Assembly (NCBI RefSeq): GCF_006345805.1
Contig: NC_043001.1
Location: 100,130,001-100,194,000, forward strand
Reading direction: 5' to 3'
DNA length: 64,000 bases
Source: Octopus sinensis
Lineage: Eukaryota
Below the pieces are notes generated by a model that saw only the letters and a list, made by a program, of their open reading frames with translations, did not search any database and was not told the DNA's origin. Shown piece by piece: positions 40,653 through 54,500 of the stretch (the first letter of the stretch is position 1; each line of letters begins with the position of its first letter). The translations under genes were made by a program, and so were the position numbers.

Positions 40653-40871
40653 CCCTTCAGTTTTCAGATTATTGTGTCAAATGTGATACTTATTAATTCA
40701 ATCTTGTTTTGCATTAACCAAGCATTATCTTGTTGCTTTGAGATTTTGATGGTGTGATTGTTTATTATTAGAATGGCATTATAGGACAAGTAGGAGAGGC
40801 CAGATCTGACCAGTTTGAACATAAAACGTAGAATAATTTGACTGGATATGGCCTGTTTAAAAGCTAAAGGG
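40653..40871. mobile_element. piggyBac-type MITE
   Basis: TTAA-CCCTT...AAGGG-TTAA; TTAA duplicated at 40649-40652 and 40872-40875. Confidence 0.7.
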
Positions 40872-41209
40872 TTAAACAAAAGATTGCCTTCACTAAAGAT
40901 GACATTCAGTCTCTAAGGGTTTCATTATTTTATTGGAACCTTGTTGTTGTAAAGCACAACTGAAGGATATTCACTGTGCTTTGGGTAAGGTCAAGGTTTT
41001 AGTTTTGCAGTTCATGCAGTTTGGTTTTGGTACCATTTTTAATATATTCCATGTAAGAAGCATTGGCTTGTGCTGTTCATAGGATTCTCATATATGAACT
41101 TGAGGAAGTTTTTCCATTGCAGTTTACCATGAAGAAATGTCCCAAACATATTTGAACTGATCCAAAGTTTGTTTATTTTTCATCCCTGCTTCACACAACT
41201 ATATAAGGC

Positions 41210-41535
41210 ATGTGGATTAGTGATTAAGGTATTTGGCTTAGTGGTTAAGGTATTTGGCCTGCAAGTTCAATTCCTGGTGGTACGTTGTGTCCTTAAGCAA
41301 GACTCTATTTCACATTGCACCAGTCCACTCTGCTGCCAAAAAACCAGTTGTACCTGTATTTCAAAGGGCCAGCCTTGTCACACTTTGTGTCACGCTGAAT
41401 CTCCCTGAGAACTACATTAGGGGTACGCGTGTCTGTGGAGTACTCAGCCACTCGCACGTTAATCTCATGAGCAGGCTCTTCCATTGATCGGATCAACTGG
41501 AACCCTCGTCGTCGTAAGTGATGGAGTGCCAGTCA
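41210..41535 (+). mobile_element. tRNA-derived SINE family D
   Basis: Homologous to 8470-8785. Confidence 0.75.
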
Positions 41536-41610
41536 CATACATATATCTTAAATAAAATAACGAGGCCAAGGCAATTTGATATTCCTCGGACATTTATAAA
41601 TAGAAAGGTG

Positions 41611-41658
41611 GTCTTACACCTGTTTCAGAGAAATAAATGATATCCCTTCATCAGAGAC
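41611..41658 (-). ncRNA. Minimal type I hammerhead ribozyme motif
   Basis: Minus strand: gtct CTGATGA aggg atatcatttattt ctct GAAA caggtg TA agac. Confidence 0.75.
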
Positions 41659-42956
41659 GAGTTAAAAGTGCTTCGATAGAAAGAATTAGTAGAGTTCATT
41701 TTTTTTAGAAGAAGTTATTCTGGAGAGTGAGAAATGTACAAGAAATTAGATAAAATGCAGAAAGTATAAAAGGAAAACATGAAAATAAAAATACATGTTG
41801 GATGTTAAAGTTGCTGTTCCATTCTGCAAGAAATGTGTTGCGTAGAATGGGTAAAAGGGCTTCTTGTCGATGATGTGTAAAGTCCGATAAGAATTCATAT
41901 GTTGAAATTTCAAATGGATAGTGTGCAGATATGAATTGCATGTGTTGTTGTTCATTCAAAAGGATCTTGTAGTATAAATGAATTTTGAGAATTATACTGA
42001 TAATGGAAAGTAGATAAAGAGAGAAATGGTTAGATAAGTATGTTAGAAGGAAGAAAGAAGTATGGGCGAGAGTGGCATTGGTCAAAGGAATTAAGGGAGT
42101 GGTATTCTTAATGGCCAGATTAGGGAAGGAAAAAGAAAAAGAAAAAGAGAAAAAAGGCATGCTAGAAGCTGGTCAAGATATTATAAGGGTGTGGGGAGAG
42201 GAGAGCTATCAATAGATAAAAGGAATAGGGGAAGGGATAGAAAGAAGAGATAAAAAGGTAAGAAAGGAGTATATATGAGAAGTTGGAGGTGGGGGTAAGT
42301 TTGAAAAGGCACTAAAAGAATGTGGTTCAGAGGGGTGGGGGGGAGTACTGAATGTGAGTAGTGAACCTCCAGAAGGAAGGGAAGGGGGTGAAAGATTGCT
42401 AGGAATTAAGGGGTGAATGTGGGGATATAATGGTCAAGAAGAAGTCAGAGAGTGAACTAGCTAAAGTGAAAGAAGATAGTTATGGTGGGGGCTGATAAGT
42501 CAGTGGGAGAACTTACACAGAATAGTGATATCAGGAATTAATGATTTTAACTAGATTCCATCATCGGATAACACCATCTTCAGGGAATAACTTTACATTT
42601 GAGCAGTTGACAGAATGGAATTTCAAATTCTTCCTAGAAGATGGAGGCTGATGTTATCCAATGATGGAATCAAGGTACAATCATTATTTGGGACCACCAA
42701 CCCCCCAGAAACAGCTGTTGGACTCATAAAACTCCTACTCAACCCCTTTAATTCCTGATATTATTTATATTCTGTGTAAATCAGACTTTTTTATATGTTT
42801 ACATATGTGCATCTTTTGTATTAAATGTATTAAAGGCATTTTTTGTATATCAACTTGCCTAACTTGCTCATCCTTACATTTCCTCCTCTGCCTGCTCAAG
42901 TTTAAATCTCTTGAGCACTACCAAGTGTATTCTATATGGAGAATACCTGACGCTCA

Positions 42957-42994
<38 letters not shown>

Positions 42995-42999
42995 GCACG

Positions 43000-43505
43000 A
43001 CCTTCGAACATCAGGCCTCACCAAGGCAATGACTAGTGAGCGAGACCTTTCGAAATATGCCGTGCTTAAGAAGACCCGGCAAGTGAGACTGTAACCCATG
43101 GCCTATTCCAGTGCGTACCTTTCTTTCATTGGACACTAAACTCTGCTTGTGAAGACCTATTGCGGCAAGTGAAATCGAAATCAAATTCACTGACGTGGCT
43201 GATGACACCACTGTCTGACTGGTATCCATGCTAGTGGAACGTTAAGAGCAGCATCTGAGCATTTAAACGTGGCTGTTGCCAGTATCGCCTGACTGGCCCT
43301 CTTGCCGGTGGCATGTAAAAGCACCCACTACACTCTTAGAGTGGTTGGCATTAGGAAGGGCATCCAGCTGTAGAAACTCTGCGAGATTAGATTGGAGCCT
43401 GGTGCAGCCATCTGGCTCGCCAGTCCTCAGTCAAACCGTCCAACCCATGCCAGCATGGAAAGCGGACGTTAAATAGTGATGATGATGATGACGATGATGA
43501 TGACG
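43000..43505. mobile_element. RTE-like 3' end followed by SINE family B
   Basis: gcctcaccaaggcaatgactagtgagcgagacctttcg resembles 60612-60670; family B tail at 43262-43505. Confidence 0.65.
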
Positions 43506-43522
43506 ATATATATGATATATAT

Positions 43523-44700
43523 ATCAGGTCATCCCATAAGTAATGTCTGGATTTTAAATAAGGAAAACATTTTAATGAAACTTAATCATCAATATAATTT
43601 CCATGAGGTTTTTCTACGAGGTCTTTCCATCTACTCAAAAGCTTTTTAACCTCATTAGAGAAAAACTCCTGTTTTGAAGAGAAGAACCCTGAAAGGTCAG
43701 TTTTGAGTTCCTTTGTTGCTTTGAGAGTTAATCCATCCAAATGATTCTGGAACAAATGGTAGTCTGAAGGAGCAAGGTCTGGGGAATAAGGGAGATGAGC
43801 AATATTCTCCCAGCCAAGTTGCTCAATATTCTGCAATCTTTGCAGTGTGGGGTCTTGCATTGTCCTGATGAAGCACCACTCCCTTTTGATTCACTAAAGC
43901 TGGCCTTTTTTCTTTCAAAGCAGCATTCAAAAGCTTTAATTGCTGACAGGAGATTTGAGCATTGATTGTTGCATTAGTTGGTAGCATCTGAAAGTGGATG
44001 ACCCCTTTGCAATCCCACCAAACAGAGAGAAGAACCTTCTTTGCATGGAGTTCCATTTTTGGTCGTGGTTGGGCCTTTTCCCCTTCACCAAGCCAATGTC
44101 TACACTATTTAAGATTTTGATAAAAGACACATTTTTCATCGCTGGTCACCAATCTGTCCAAAACGGACAAGATAAGTTTCTGAGAATGAAGAGGAGAGCA
44201 GATGTCCACTTGGGATTTGCAGTTAACTTCAGACAAATCATGAAGAACCCATTTTCCAAAGTTTGGGATCTTTCCAAGCTGTTGAAGATGGCAGTGAACA
44301 GTCGAATGTCTTGAACGAAGCTTACTTACCAATTCTTCAAGTGAACCAGCATGATCTTTTTCAAGTTCTGTCAAAAGGAGCTCATCATCATCAAACTCAG
44401 ATGGATGTCCTGTTCAGGCCTCATCCTTCAAGGCTGAAATCTCCACTTCTGAATTTTACAAAGCATCTTCTGCAAGTTCTTTCATTCAGTCATTCTTCTC
44501 CATAAGCTGAATGAATATTTTGAGTTGCTTCAGCAGCAGAGTTCCTTTTTGCTTAAAAAAACAAAGCATTATGTGCCTCAAATGCTCCTTTGACACTTAC
44601 ATGTTTGAAGAGCTATAATTAGGGAAATTTCAATTAGATTATCCTGCAAAATGAAATTTGATTAGTTTAAATATGTCCAAATACACATAAATATTACTTG
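43523..44700 (-). mobile_element. Degraded mariner transposon
   Basis: GKWVLHDL, DRLVTSDEK, LLSVWWDCKG, LHQDNARPH, PYSPDLAPSDYHLF on the minus strand. Confidence 0.9.
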
Positions 44701-44999
44701 ATGCCATTAGACATTTTAAAATGCTGTTAAAGCATTTACAAATTGAAAATATCGAAGTGTGCAATTGAAATGAGAGTATCCACTCTGGACCATCACTGTT
44801 GAGTTCTACTAACTTTAGCAGAGAGTTCTTCCCAGCAAAACTGACACCATGCTCTGTGACTTATGTCTTTCCCTTGCAAGAGAAAGATATAGTCTCTTTC
44901 ATGAGGGGTCTCTGAATCTGTGAGTCTCGTTTCCTGGAGTGCTACAATGTCCACAGTGTTTGTTGTTGACCACTGCTGTCTTGAATGCGACGCTGATCT

Positions 45000-45640
45000 T
45001 TCAAAGGTCTTCTGACAGACCAGTTGTCATGGTCCTTATGTTTCAGCATCTGTGTCTGAATGCTGGATTTTTGCATTGCTTGCTTGCTTGTCTCTTCATT
45101 TTTCTTGGTGCAATGTTTACTGCTCACAATTTCAGACGTTAGTTTCCTTAAGCTCCACATAATCTGTAATTTCTGCTGTACTTAAAATAAGCTTTGTACT
45201 TCACTAAAATTTTCCACTCAATGTTGTACTTCACAGTATTTTTGTCTTTAATGACCACATGTACCTAGGCAGGTTAGTGGCGTTGTTTTATTGAAGTGGA
45301 TTTATGTTGTTGAATCTGGTTCTGAAAGGATTTTCTGCTGTTCCAACATACTTTTGTGTGTTCTGTTGCTCACTGGGATTCTTTGATATTACCCATGCCA
45401 CATATATAACTGTCTCCAGGTTACGGCGGCTGTGAAAGAAACATGTGGTGTTGCCTCTACATGAACATCCTGTCGCTGTCTCAGGTGTGTGCCTACCTAG
45501 CAATATCTTCTTTACACAGGGTGCACAGCTTAAGGAAACTCTTATGATATACTTGTTAAAAGTCTTACTGAACCTATTCATACAGTGAAAGTGTTTATCC
45601 ACTAAGCTAAAGAATTATATTTCTTTCCAAATGTGTCATC
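45000..45640 (-). mobile_element. Penelope-like GIY-YIG endonuclease fragment
   Basis: FNKYIIRVSLSCAP...CSCR...VIYVAWV...KYVGTAENPFRTRFNN. Confidence 0.7.
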
Positions 45641-46354
45641 TCAGAAGAGCATGTGGTTGTTAGTTAAATGTACGGTTATCTGGTTATCTATCGCCCTGTG
45701 CAAAACTGATTGGCTGAAATGGATTAATAATATTATATACTTTGATTAATACACTCACTTGGTCAATAAATATGCATGTACCAATTCCTTTTAACTCATA
45801 GTTTCTTAGACAGCTATATGCGTGTGTGTGTGGACACATGCACACACAGAAATAGGCAGACAGATAAATAGATAGATAGATAAATGGAACTTCAGATAAA
45901 AGTGATATAAGGATTTCTTTACTGAGAACTGATTTCGTTGAAGGTTGTCAGTAAACAATTGATTTCTCTCTAACAATATTATCAATATATATTACATTGA
46001 CCATCCATAGGGATAAAAGAAGGCAAGCGCGGCTGCCAAGGGACTTGAACTTTGGTCAATTCTCCGATGTTTATACTGGAACTACAGTCTTCATAGAGAG
46101 GAGTATTTTAATGTGTGTGTAATATGTGTGTGCGTTTGTGTACTGGATGTGTTATGTGTCGATGTGTTAAGGGTAATGTGAGAGCAGGAGAGTGTATGTG
46201 CTTTGCCTGGAATCCTCAAAGGATTTTAAAAGTAGAAAATCATTGGAAATGCCCAGATACACATATCCGCAAAGACAAGTTATATAAGTTTAAAGTGGAT
46301 AATATCAGTTGTCTGTAGACTTATGTGTAGTTATAAAGAATATCAACTTAGAAG

Positions 46355-46690
46355 GCACATGACTCAGTGGTTAGAGTGTCGGGCTTACAATCGTGAGGTT
46401 GTGAGTTCAAATCCTGGACCAGGCTGCATGTTGTGTTCTTGAGCAAGACTTTATTTCATGTTACTCCAGTTCACTCAGCTGTAGAAATGAGTTGCAACGT
46501 CACAGGTGCCAAGCTGCATTGGCCCCCTTTGCCTTTTCCTTGGATAACACTGGTGGCATGGAGAGGGGAGGCCGGCATGCATGGCGACTGCTGGCCATCC
46601 ATAAACAACCTTGCCTGGACTTGTGCCTGGGAGGGTAACTTTCTAGGTGCAATCCCATGGTCTGTGTCGTGACCGAAGGGGGTCTCAACT
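46355..46690 (+). mobile_element. tRNA-derived SINE
   Basis: TGACTCAGTGG A box and GAGTTCAAATCC B box, followed by a non-tRNA body. Confidence 0.75.
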
Positions 46691-47059
46691 TAGAAACAAA
46701 TTTTAACTTGCACACAGTCAACCAACACTATGCTATTATACACTTAGTTCTTACTTCACTCCACCTTGCTCCATAAAATGCTTCCTTTCTGTTTTTGTAA
46801 GCAAGACAAAGATTAGTTTTGCAGGAAGAAGAACATAGTGAAAGATCCTGACTCTAAATTATGCAAGGTGTACAATGCTGTATGCCTTTCCTTTTTGATA
46901 AGTCAGAGAACAGTAATCCTGATGTTCACAAAACCTCGTAGACTGGGGATATTCAGGTTGAATATGTGCAAGAGAATGACTGCAGGAAAATCATGGGCTT
47001 ATATGCATACATGTATATATATGTAAGAATATGCGTGTGTGTGTGTGTGTGTGTGTATC

Positions 47060-47102
<43 letters not shown>

Positions 47103-47131
47103 ATGTACACATACACACCACACACACACAC

Positions 47132-47182
<51 letters not shown>

Positions 47183-47220
47183 TATATGTATGTATATGTA
47201 CACATACACACACACACACA

Positions 47221-47298
<78 letters not shown>

Positions 47299-47759
47299 AT
47301 AGGTATGCATAGGGTGCAGTGCTGCACTGATAACCAGTTGGTGGAAGATCTGCCTGGGGTTAAACTAGTAGTAACATGGAACAGCCACTTTGGTGTGGGG
47401 ATTAACTTTAATCTTTAGTATAATTATTACTCTGATCTCTTCTTGGCTGTTTTGCTTGCTGCAAATCAATGACCGACGGTCACTTTGTTTACAATATACT
47501 GCTGGCTGGAGTGGATGCTGGCTATCTCTCTGGCGACCAGGTACTCATAGCTGAAGATAAGCCAACTAGCTCAAAACTGAGTCTGCCTTGCAATCCTGTT
47601 GTCTGCTGGTGGGTTGTAGGAGCTCAATCCACCTGCTTGCAATATATCTGTATGTACAGGGTGCAGAGCAGCACTGATAACCAGCTGGCAGAAGATCTGC
47701 CTGGGGTTAAACTAGCAGTAACCCAGAACAGCTACTTTGATGAGGTTGAAGGAATGGAA

Positions 47760-48615
47760 TCTACTGGGGAAGACTGCAAGATATCTGTGAACCAGAAACG
47801 CCATGAAGAATTTGAAATTTACTATGAAAATATTAATGATCTGTGTTATTGTAAAGATGTGATTGGTTTGTTTACTGCTATTGGACTCAAGCATGATTCT
47901 GCAGAATGGCAACTGTTCATAGATAGCTCAACATGAAGTCTCAAAGCAGTGTTGCTCCACAATGGAAATAAATATCCTTCTTTGCCTCTTGCACACTCCA
48001 TACAGAAGAAAGAAAATTATGATAATGTCAAAGAACTTGTTGACAAAATAAATTACGCTGAGTTCAAGTGGAATGTTTGTGGTGATTTCAAAATGCTTGC
48101 CTTCTTGCTTGGTTTGCAAGGGGGATAGATAAAGTATTCATGTTTCTTTTGCTTATGGGACAGCAGAGCTGATGATAATCATTACAAGAGAGTACATTGA
48201 CCCCCATGAGTGGAACTCTACTCAGGAATGTTAAATGTTCTCAAACAGCCTCTAGTAGATTCCAACAAAATCTTATTATCCCCACTTCATATCAAAATTG
48301 GATTGGTAAAACAGTTTGTGAAGGCCTTAGATTTTAAAGGAGAAGCTTTTAAAGAAATTTGTCTTGTGTTTCCAAAGCTATCTGAGGTTAAGATCAAGGG
48401 TGGCATATTTGTTGGGCCCCAAGTAAATGCAATGTTAAAGTCAAAGAAACTAGAAAGAGCGATGACAAAAGTTGAAAAAGGAGCTTGGTGTGCATTTTGT
48501 GATGTAGTTCGAGGATTCCTAGGAAATCACAAGGATCCTAATTACAAACAGCTGGTAGCAAAGCTTATTGAAAGCTTCAAGAAAATGGGTTGTCGTATGT
48601 CCTTAAAGGTTCATA
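47760..48615 (+). mobile_element. DNA transposase fragment, probably Chapaev3/CMC-like
   Basis: LKAVLLHNGNKYPSLP, CGDFKMLAFLLG, CLWDSRA, LHIKIGLVKQFVKAL, FLGNHKDPNY, GCRMSLKVH. Superfamily assigned from memory. Confidence 0.65.
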
Positions 48616-48636
48616 TATATATATAAATATATATAC

Positions 48637-48681
<45 letters not shown>

Positions 48682-49319
48682 CATGTATATATACACACAG
48701 AGAAATGAGCACAGAAGTGCATTACAAGGTGAAAGAAAAAGTACTCGAATACCGAAGGTAGAGTAATATACTTTTTAGTGAAGCTGCAAAATTATCACAG
48801 AACTGTTACTTAGAGTGCTTCAATAATTTTGCAGTCTATACACACTGCACCCTGTAAAGTGGTTTGCATTAGGAAGGGTATCAGAGAGACCATGCCAAAG
48901 CAGACGGCTGAGCTTGTTGCAGTCTTCAGCTTTGCCAGTTCCTTCTCAAACCAGCCATCCTATATGAGTATGGGAAGTGGACATTATATCATGTTGAAGA
49001 TGAGGATGATGATGATGCTGATGATGACGACAACGACAATGATGACGATGATGATGATAAAATTTTGTCACAGTAAATAAATTTATTTCGACAATGTTTA
49101 TGTTATTCTCTTTTTCAAAATTAATAAAAAATAATCAACGACTTTTAAGATAATTCTTCTTACAATGTTTGTTATTCTCTTTTTCAAAATTAAAAAAAAA
49201 TAGTCACCGACTTTTAAGATAATTCTTCTTAGATTGTAACTACATCAAAGTCTCTTTCACAAAATCTTATAAATGTGTGTGTGTGTGTGTATGCATATGT
49301 AAATATGTGTGTGTGTGTA

Positions 49320-49349
<30 letters not shown>

Positions 49350-49359
<10 letters not shown>

Positions 49360-49410
49360 GATAGATAGATAGATAGATAGATAGACAGACAAATAGACAG
49401 ATAGATAGAC

Positions 49411-49452
<42 letters not shown>

Positions 49453-49486
49453 GCAGACAGACAGACAGACAGATAGATAGACAGAC

Positions 49487-49564
<78 letters not shown>

Positions 49565-49756
49565 GCAGACAGACAGACAGACAGATAGATAGACAGACAG
49601 ATAGATAGATAGATAGATAGACAGACAGATAGACAGATAGACAGACAGATAGGTAGACAGATAGATAGACAGACAGATAGATAGATAGATAGATAGATAT
49701 ATAGATAGATATACAGACAGACAGACAGACAGACAGACAGATAGATAGATAGATAG

Positions 49757-49788
<32 letters not shown>

Positions 49789-49830
49789 CAGACAGATAGA
49801 TAGATAGATTGATAGACAACTAGATAGAGA
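49350..49830. repeat. (GATA)n/(GACA)n satellite
   Basis: Direct reading. Confidence 0.95.
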
Positions 49831-50101
49831 TATATCCGCTTAACAAACAGACACCTTATAACAACACATTTCTCCAAATGCCTTGATTATTTTCTTTCTT
49901 CTGTTTGAGAACAGGAAATTCTGTCTGAAATATAGCATCGTTGAGCAACCGAGGTGAGGTAATACAATGTCTATCCTCTTTGTTTTTATCCATAATCATG
50001 ACCACACATAAGGCTTCACCTGCATTGCTTTAAGGATTTTCCAAACATCTATCTCATTTGCACATTCTGCACTGCATCCAGTAAATTACACTAATCTGTT
50101 T

Positions 50102-50192
<91 letters not shown>

Positions 50193-51846
50193 TCTAACTT
50201 CTCTCATTGACTCATAGTTTTGCTCTACCCCTCTCTTACACTCTTACGTATAATCTCACATATTCTTTCTTTTTTGTATACAAATTTTTGTCTCCAATGT
50301 GGAAGTCTCTACATGGTCATTTAACTTGGTAGTAATAGCAGCCAAATTTTCTTCAGATTCCATGTTATTGTCTTAGAAAATGATGTGTTGCAATAACATG
50401 ATTTGGGGTTCACAGTTTGAAGAAAATATCAGGATGGCTATTGCTGGGATGTCTGATGACAAACCTGCATCAAAACAAAAATGATACCTGACAATATTAA
50501 CCTGCCCCCCATGTATACACCCTCTGCCTCTTTCTATCACATTATATATACACACACTCTTTGCTTTCATTACACATGTACACACAAACTCATAATGCTC
50601 CCCCACCTCTCTCTCCCCCTCTCATTCTCTCTTACACCCGCATACTTAATTGCACACATATTCAGACATCTTTCGGCTACATTTTCTGTCTTCAAGCCTT
50701 GAACTAACGAAGAAGCTTCTGCGTGGGCGTTTGTCCTGTTAGAAATAGTGCCCAATTGTCCCTCGCATCTCAAGGCATCGTTAAAAAGAAAAGGCTACAC
50801 TGGTTAATGTAGATCTGAATAAACCTATTTTGAAGTAAGATGAGATTGTCACAAAACTGACCAAAGTCTTTGGCTATTGCCACAAAATGGTTGACTCAAG
50901 ACAATTACAACAGTCCTCTTTGCTTTTCAACAAAACTATCATTCTCTTACACACACGCTTGTCCACACATGTAGATATAGATATATATGCACCCTGCTCT
51001 TCAAATGCAAAAGTCCCGCAAGAATCGATTCCTAGAATAACAAAAACAACAAAAATCCTCTTTCCTTCTTTAATCTTTCTCATTAAGGAAATGAATAATC
51101 CTCTAAATGATCCAAGAAGGAACCAAATTATCCGCCAAGGGGTCACACAACCTGTTAGGAACCTCCTTCTAATCATACACCTACCAACTTGATAAAAACA
51201 ATGTTGTCCCTTTGATACAAAAAGACATGGTGGTCATGGTTAGAACACTGCTCAATCAGAACCAACCTGGGGCTAAACACCATTCTTAAATACTTCTCTT
51301 ATTTCACGTTTCCTGCTTTTATTCTACTTTTTATAGATTTCTTCCCTTTTTTCCTTTTTTTCTGTTATTCTTTCTTCTCTCCCTCTCTCTCTTTCTCTCT
51401 CTCCATTTCTCTCTGCATATTTATGTTATATATATATATATATATATATATTCATATACATGTTATATATATATATATTCTTTCATTGACTCTGTATGTC
51501 CAAATTTAGTATTTTCTAATGTTGTGGTTTAAAGAAGAAATACTCCTATAATTCATAGGAATTGGTCGTGATTAGGGAGTCAAAGACTGGCAACATCGAT
51601 TTCTTGATAAATTCCAATTAGAAGAAATCTGTTGACATTAACAGCATTTCTTTCAATAGTTTCACTTTTTATTTTATTATTATTATTTTCAATAAATTAA
51701 CCCTTAGTGGAGCTTTTTACACTTTCAGGCTACACTGAAAAACCACGCCCCAAACAGTACTAAAATACAGGAAGAGTGATTTAAGTCTTTGGGTGAAATT
51801 ACAGTCGTTTGTTGTAATAGATAGCTCCAGCCAAGGTGATTTATTG

Positions 51847-52561
51847 CAGAGCTTCTCAAACATTTTGGGCTACCCCCCACCTCATGGTCACATAATACCC
51901 TTAGCACCCCCCACTCTTATTTTTATGCAGAAATATTTTACTAATTTATATATAACATAGGCACAGGAGTGGCTGTGTGGTAAGTAGCTTGCTTACCAAC
52001 CACATGGTTCCGGGTTCAGTCCCACTACATGGCACCTTGGGCAAGTGTCTTCTACTATAGCCTCGGGTCAACCAAAGCCTTGCAAGTGGATTTGGTAGAC
52101 GGAAACTGAAAGAAGCCCGTCATATATATGTATATATATGTGTATGTGTGTGTATATATTGTGCATCTGTGTTTGTCCCCCCAACATCGTTTGACAACCG
52201 ATGCTGGTGTTTTTATGTCCCCCATAACTTAGCAGTTCAGCATGAGAGACTGATAGAATAAGTACTAGGCTTACAAATATTAAGTCCTGAAGTCGATTTG
52301 ATTCGACTAAATGTGGTGCTCCAGCATGGCCACAGTCAAATGACTGAAACAAGTGAAAAAGTAAAAGATACTATGAATCATTTGATATGTAATTTATAAT
52401 TTGTATACAATACTATAATAATATTATAAATTCATAGCATCCCCCCAATCCACTGCCTTTCTCCCAATGCTTCCTTTTTTTCTACCGCTCCCTTAGACAC
52501 TAGACCTGGACTCTCTCAACGCCCACCGGAGGTGTGTTAGCGCCCACTTTGAGAACCTATG
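51847..52561. mobile_element. hAT-type MITE with a nested SINE
   Basis: Ends cagagcttctcaaa and tttgagaacctatg; 8-bp TSD atttattg at 51839-51846 and 52562-52569. Confidence 0.8.
51964..52368 (+). mobile_element. SINE family A, full-length
   Basis: caggagtggctgtgtggtaag...ggttccgggttcagtccc head. Confidence 0.9.
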
Positions 52562-53039
52562 ATTTATTGCAACTGTTTCATTTGAGTGTGAAGCCTAGAG
52601 AAGCCGGTATTGCTTCCCACTGTTGCCGAGCAAAAAGAATAAATACTTGTAAGATGCTGGTGTCTATTTAATCAACACATCCTTATAAAATGTGTGTGTG
52701 TGTGTGTGTGTTATTGCATTTTCACATTTTTCTTTCTGAAATCAACAACAAATGAACATTTTGTTTGTGGATTGGAGTCAAGATGACTCAGACTCCATAA
52801 TATCAAATCTTCACCATAACTACATCAATACTTCACTGATCAAGGATCAAAATTCACAAACATTTTTTCTTCCCTTTTTCCTATTTTTCTGTTATTCTTT
52901 CTCTGGTGGTCAGTGGTTTGAAATTTCTTTTATGGTCAAAGAATTTGGCCTCAGTGTGTTCTATTCTAACTTATCACTTTTTAAAGATTGAATGACAAAG
53001 TTACCTTTAGTGAGATTTAAACTAATATCTGAAATATTA

Positions 53040-53465
53040 GTTTCAAATTTTGGCACAAGACCAGAAATTGCAGGGGAGGGGACAAGTTGAATACATCAAC
53101 CCCAGAACTAAACTGGTACTTATCTTATTGATCCCGTAAATATAAAAGGCAAAGTTGACCTTGGCAGAATTTGAACTTTGAACTTAAAGAATGGACAGAA
53201 TGCCGCTAAGCATGATGTGCTAATGTTTCTGCCCGCTTTCAGCCGAATTTATACCAGAAATGTTACTTTCAAATTTTGGCACAAGGCCCACAAGAGCAAG
53301 GGAGGGGACTAGTGCCTGACATCGATCCAAGGGCTCAACTGGTACTTAGTTTAGAATGAAAGGCAAAGTCAGCCTTGGTGGATTTGAACTCATAATGTAA
53401 AGGTACATGAAATGCCACAAAGCATTTTGCCCGGCATGCTAATGTTTCTAGCAGCTCACGGCCGA
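53040..53465 (-). mobile_element. Two tandem SINE family C copies
   Basis: Units begin tttcaaattttggcacaag at about 53041 and 53268. Confidence 0.75.
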
Positions 53466-53927
53466 ATTTAAACCTAGAATATTAACCAGACTAAAAGCAA
53501 GGTGTATAGTCCAAATGGTACAGCACGAGATTAAGCTGCAGCATATCATTCTGTTTCTCTCTCCTTTCTCTGCTCACTTGATGTCAATGTTGTTTTTCAT
53601 CCAGCTAAAAGCAATAATGGTTTATAGTTTGTCATCAGAATCAGGTTTATAACTGAGATCTTTAACACCGTCCACCCAGTTGCAAAGAGACCACATATGA
53701 AAGCACAGCTCATTCAAGTATTACAAATGTGTAGAATGGAGGAATGCATTGTACTGAGTTCAACAATTCCCTCCAGTTTGGGTTTTTCTTTCAGATGAAG
53801 AAGCAAAGGTGTTAGGTTAGAGATGAAGACTACAAAAGCAGAGGTGAAAAGGATAACAGGATGCCAGAAAAAAAAAAAAAAAAAACTGAAAGAGATTTAC
53901 AAAGAGGTAATTATCTTTTAGTTTTTA

Positions 53928-54307
53928 TCTTTTACTTATTTCAGTCGTTAGACAATGGCCAGGCTGTGGCACTGCTTTGAAGAAGTTTTATTCAAATGAA
54001 TCAACCCCCATGCTTTTATTTTTATAAGTAGGTACTTATTCTGTCAGTCTCTATTGGTGAACTGCTAAGTTATGGGGGTGTAAACATATCAACACTGGTT
54101 GTCAAGCAGTGGTAAGGGATAAACACACACACACACACACACACACACTTGATGAGCTTCTTTCAGTTTCTGTTTACCAAATCTACTCATAAGGTTTTGG
54201 TTGGCCAAGTCTATAGTAGAAGACACTTGTCCAAGGTGCCATGCAGTGGGATTGAACCTGGAATATTGCAGTTGGAAAGCAGGATTCTTACCACACAGCC
54301 ACTCCTG
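53928..54307 (-). mobile_element. SINE family A
   Basis: Homology to the other copies. Confidence 0.85.
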
Positions 54308-54364
54308 CTATACAGTTTTTCTGGTAGGAACAAGTTTGTGTTTAATTAATATTCTTTAGAATAT

Positions 54365-54500
54365 TCCGCCAAGGTTGACTTTGCCTTTCATCCTTTCGGG
54401 GTCGATAAATTAAGTACCATTTGCATACTGGGGGGGTCGATCTAATCGACTGACCCCTTACCCAAAGTTTTGGGCCTTGTGCCTAGAGTAGAAAAGAATA
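54365..54500 (+). mobile_element. SINE family C
   Basis: gttgactttgcctttcatcctttcggggtcgataaattaagtacc. Confidence 0.75.

Noticed and set aside
44860-44920. Minus-strand ctcatga aagaga...tctctt gcaa
   Set aside because: Two core mismatches and no helix III or I.
46355-46430. tRNA-like sequence
   Set aside because: It has A and B boxes but no cloverleaf acceptor stem and continues into a SINE body.
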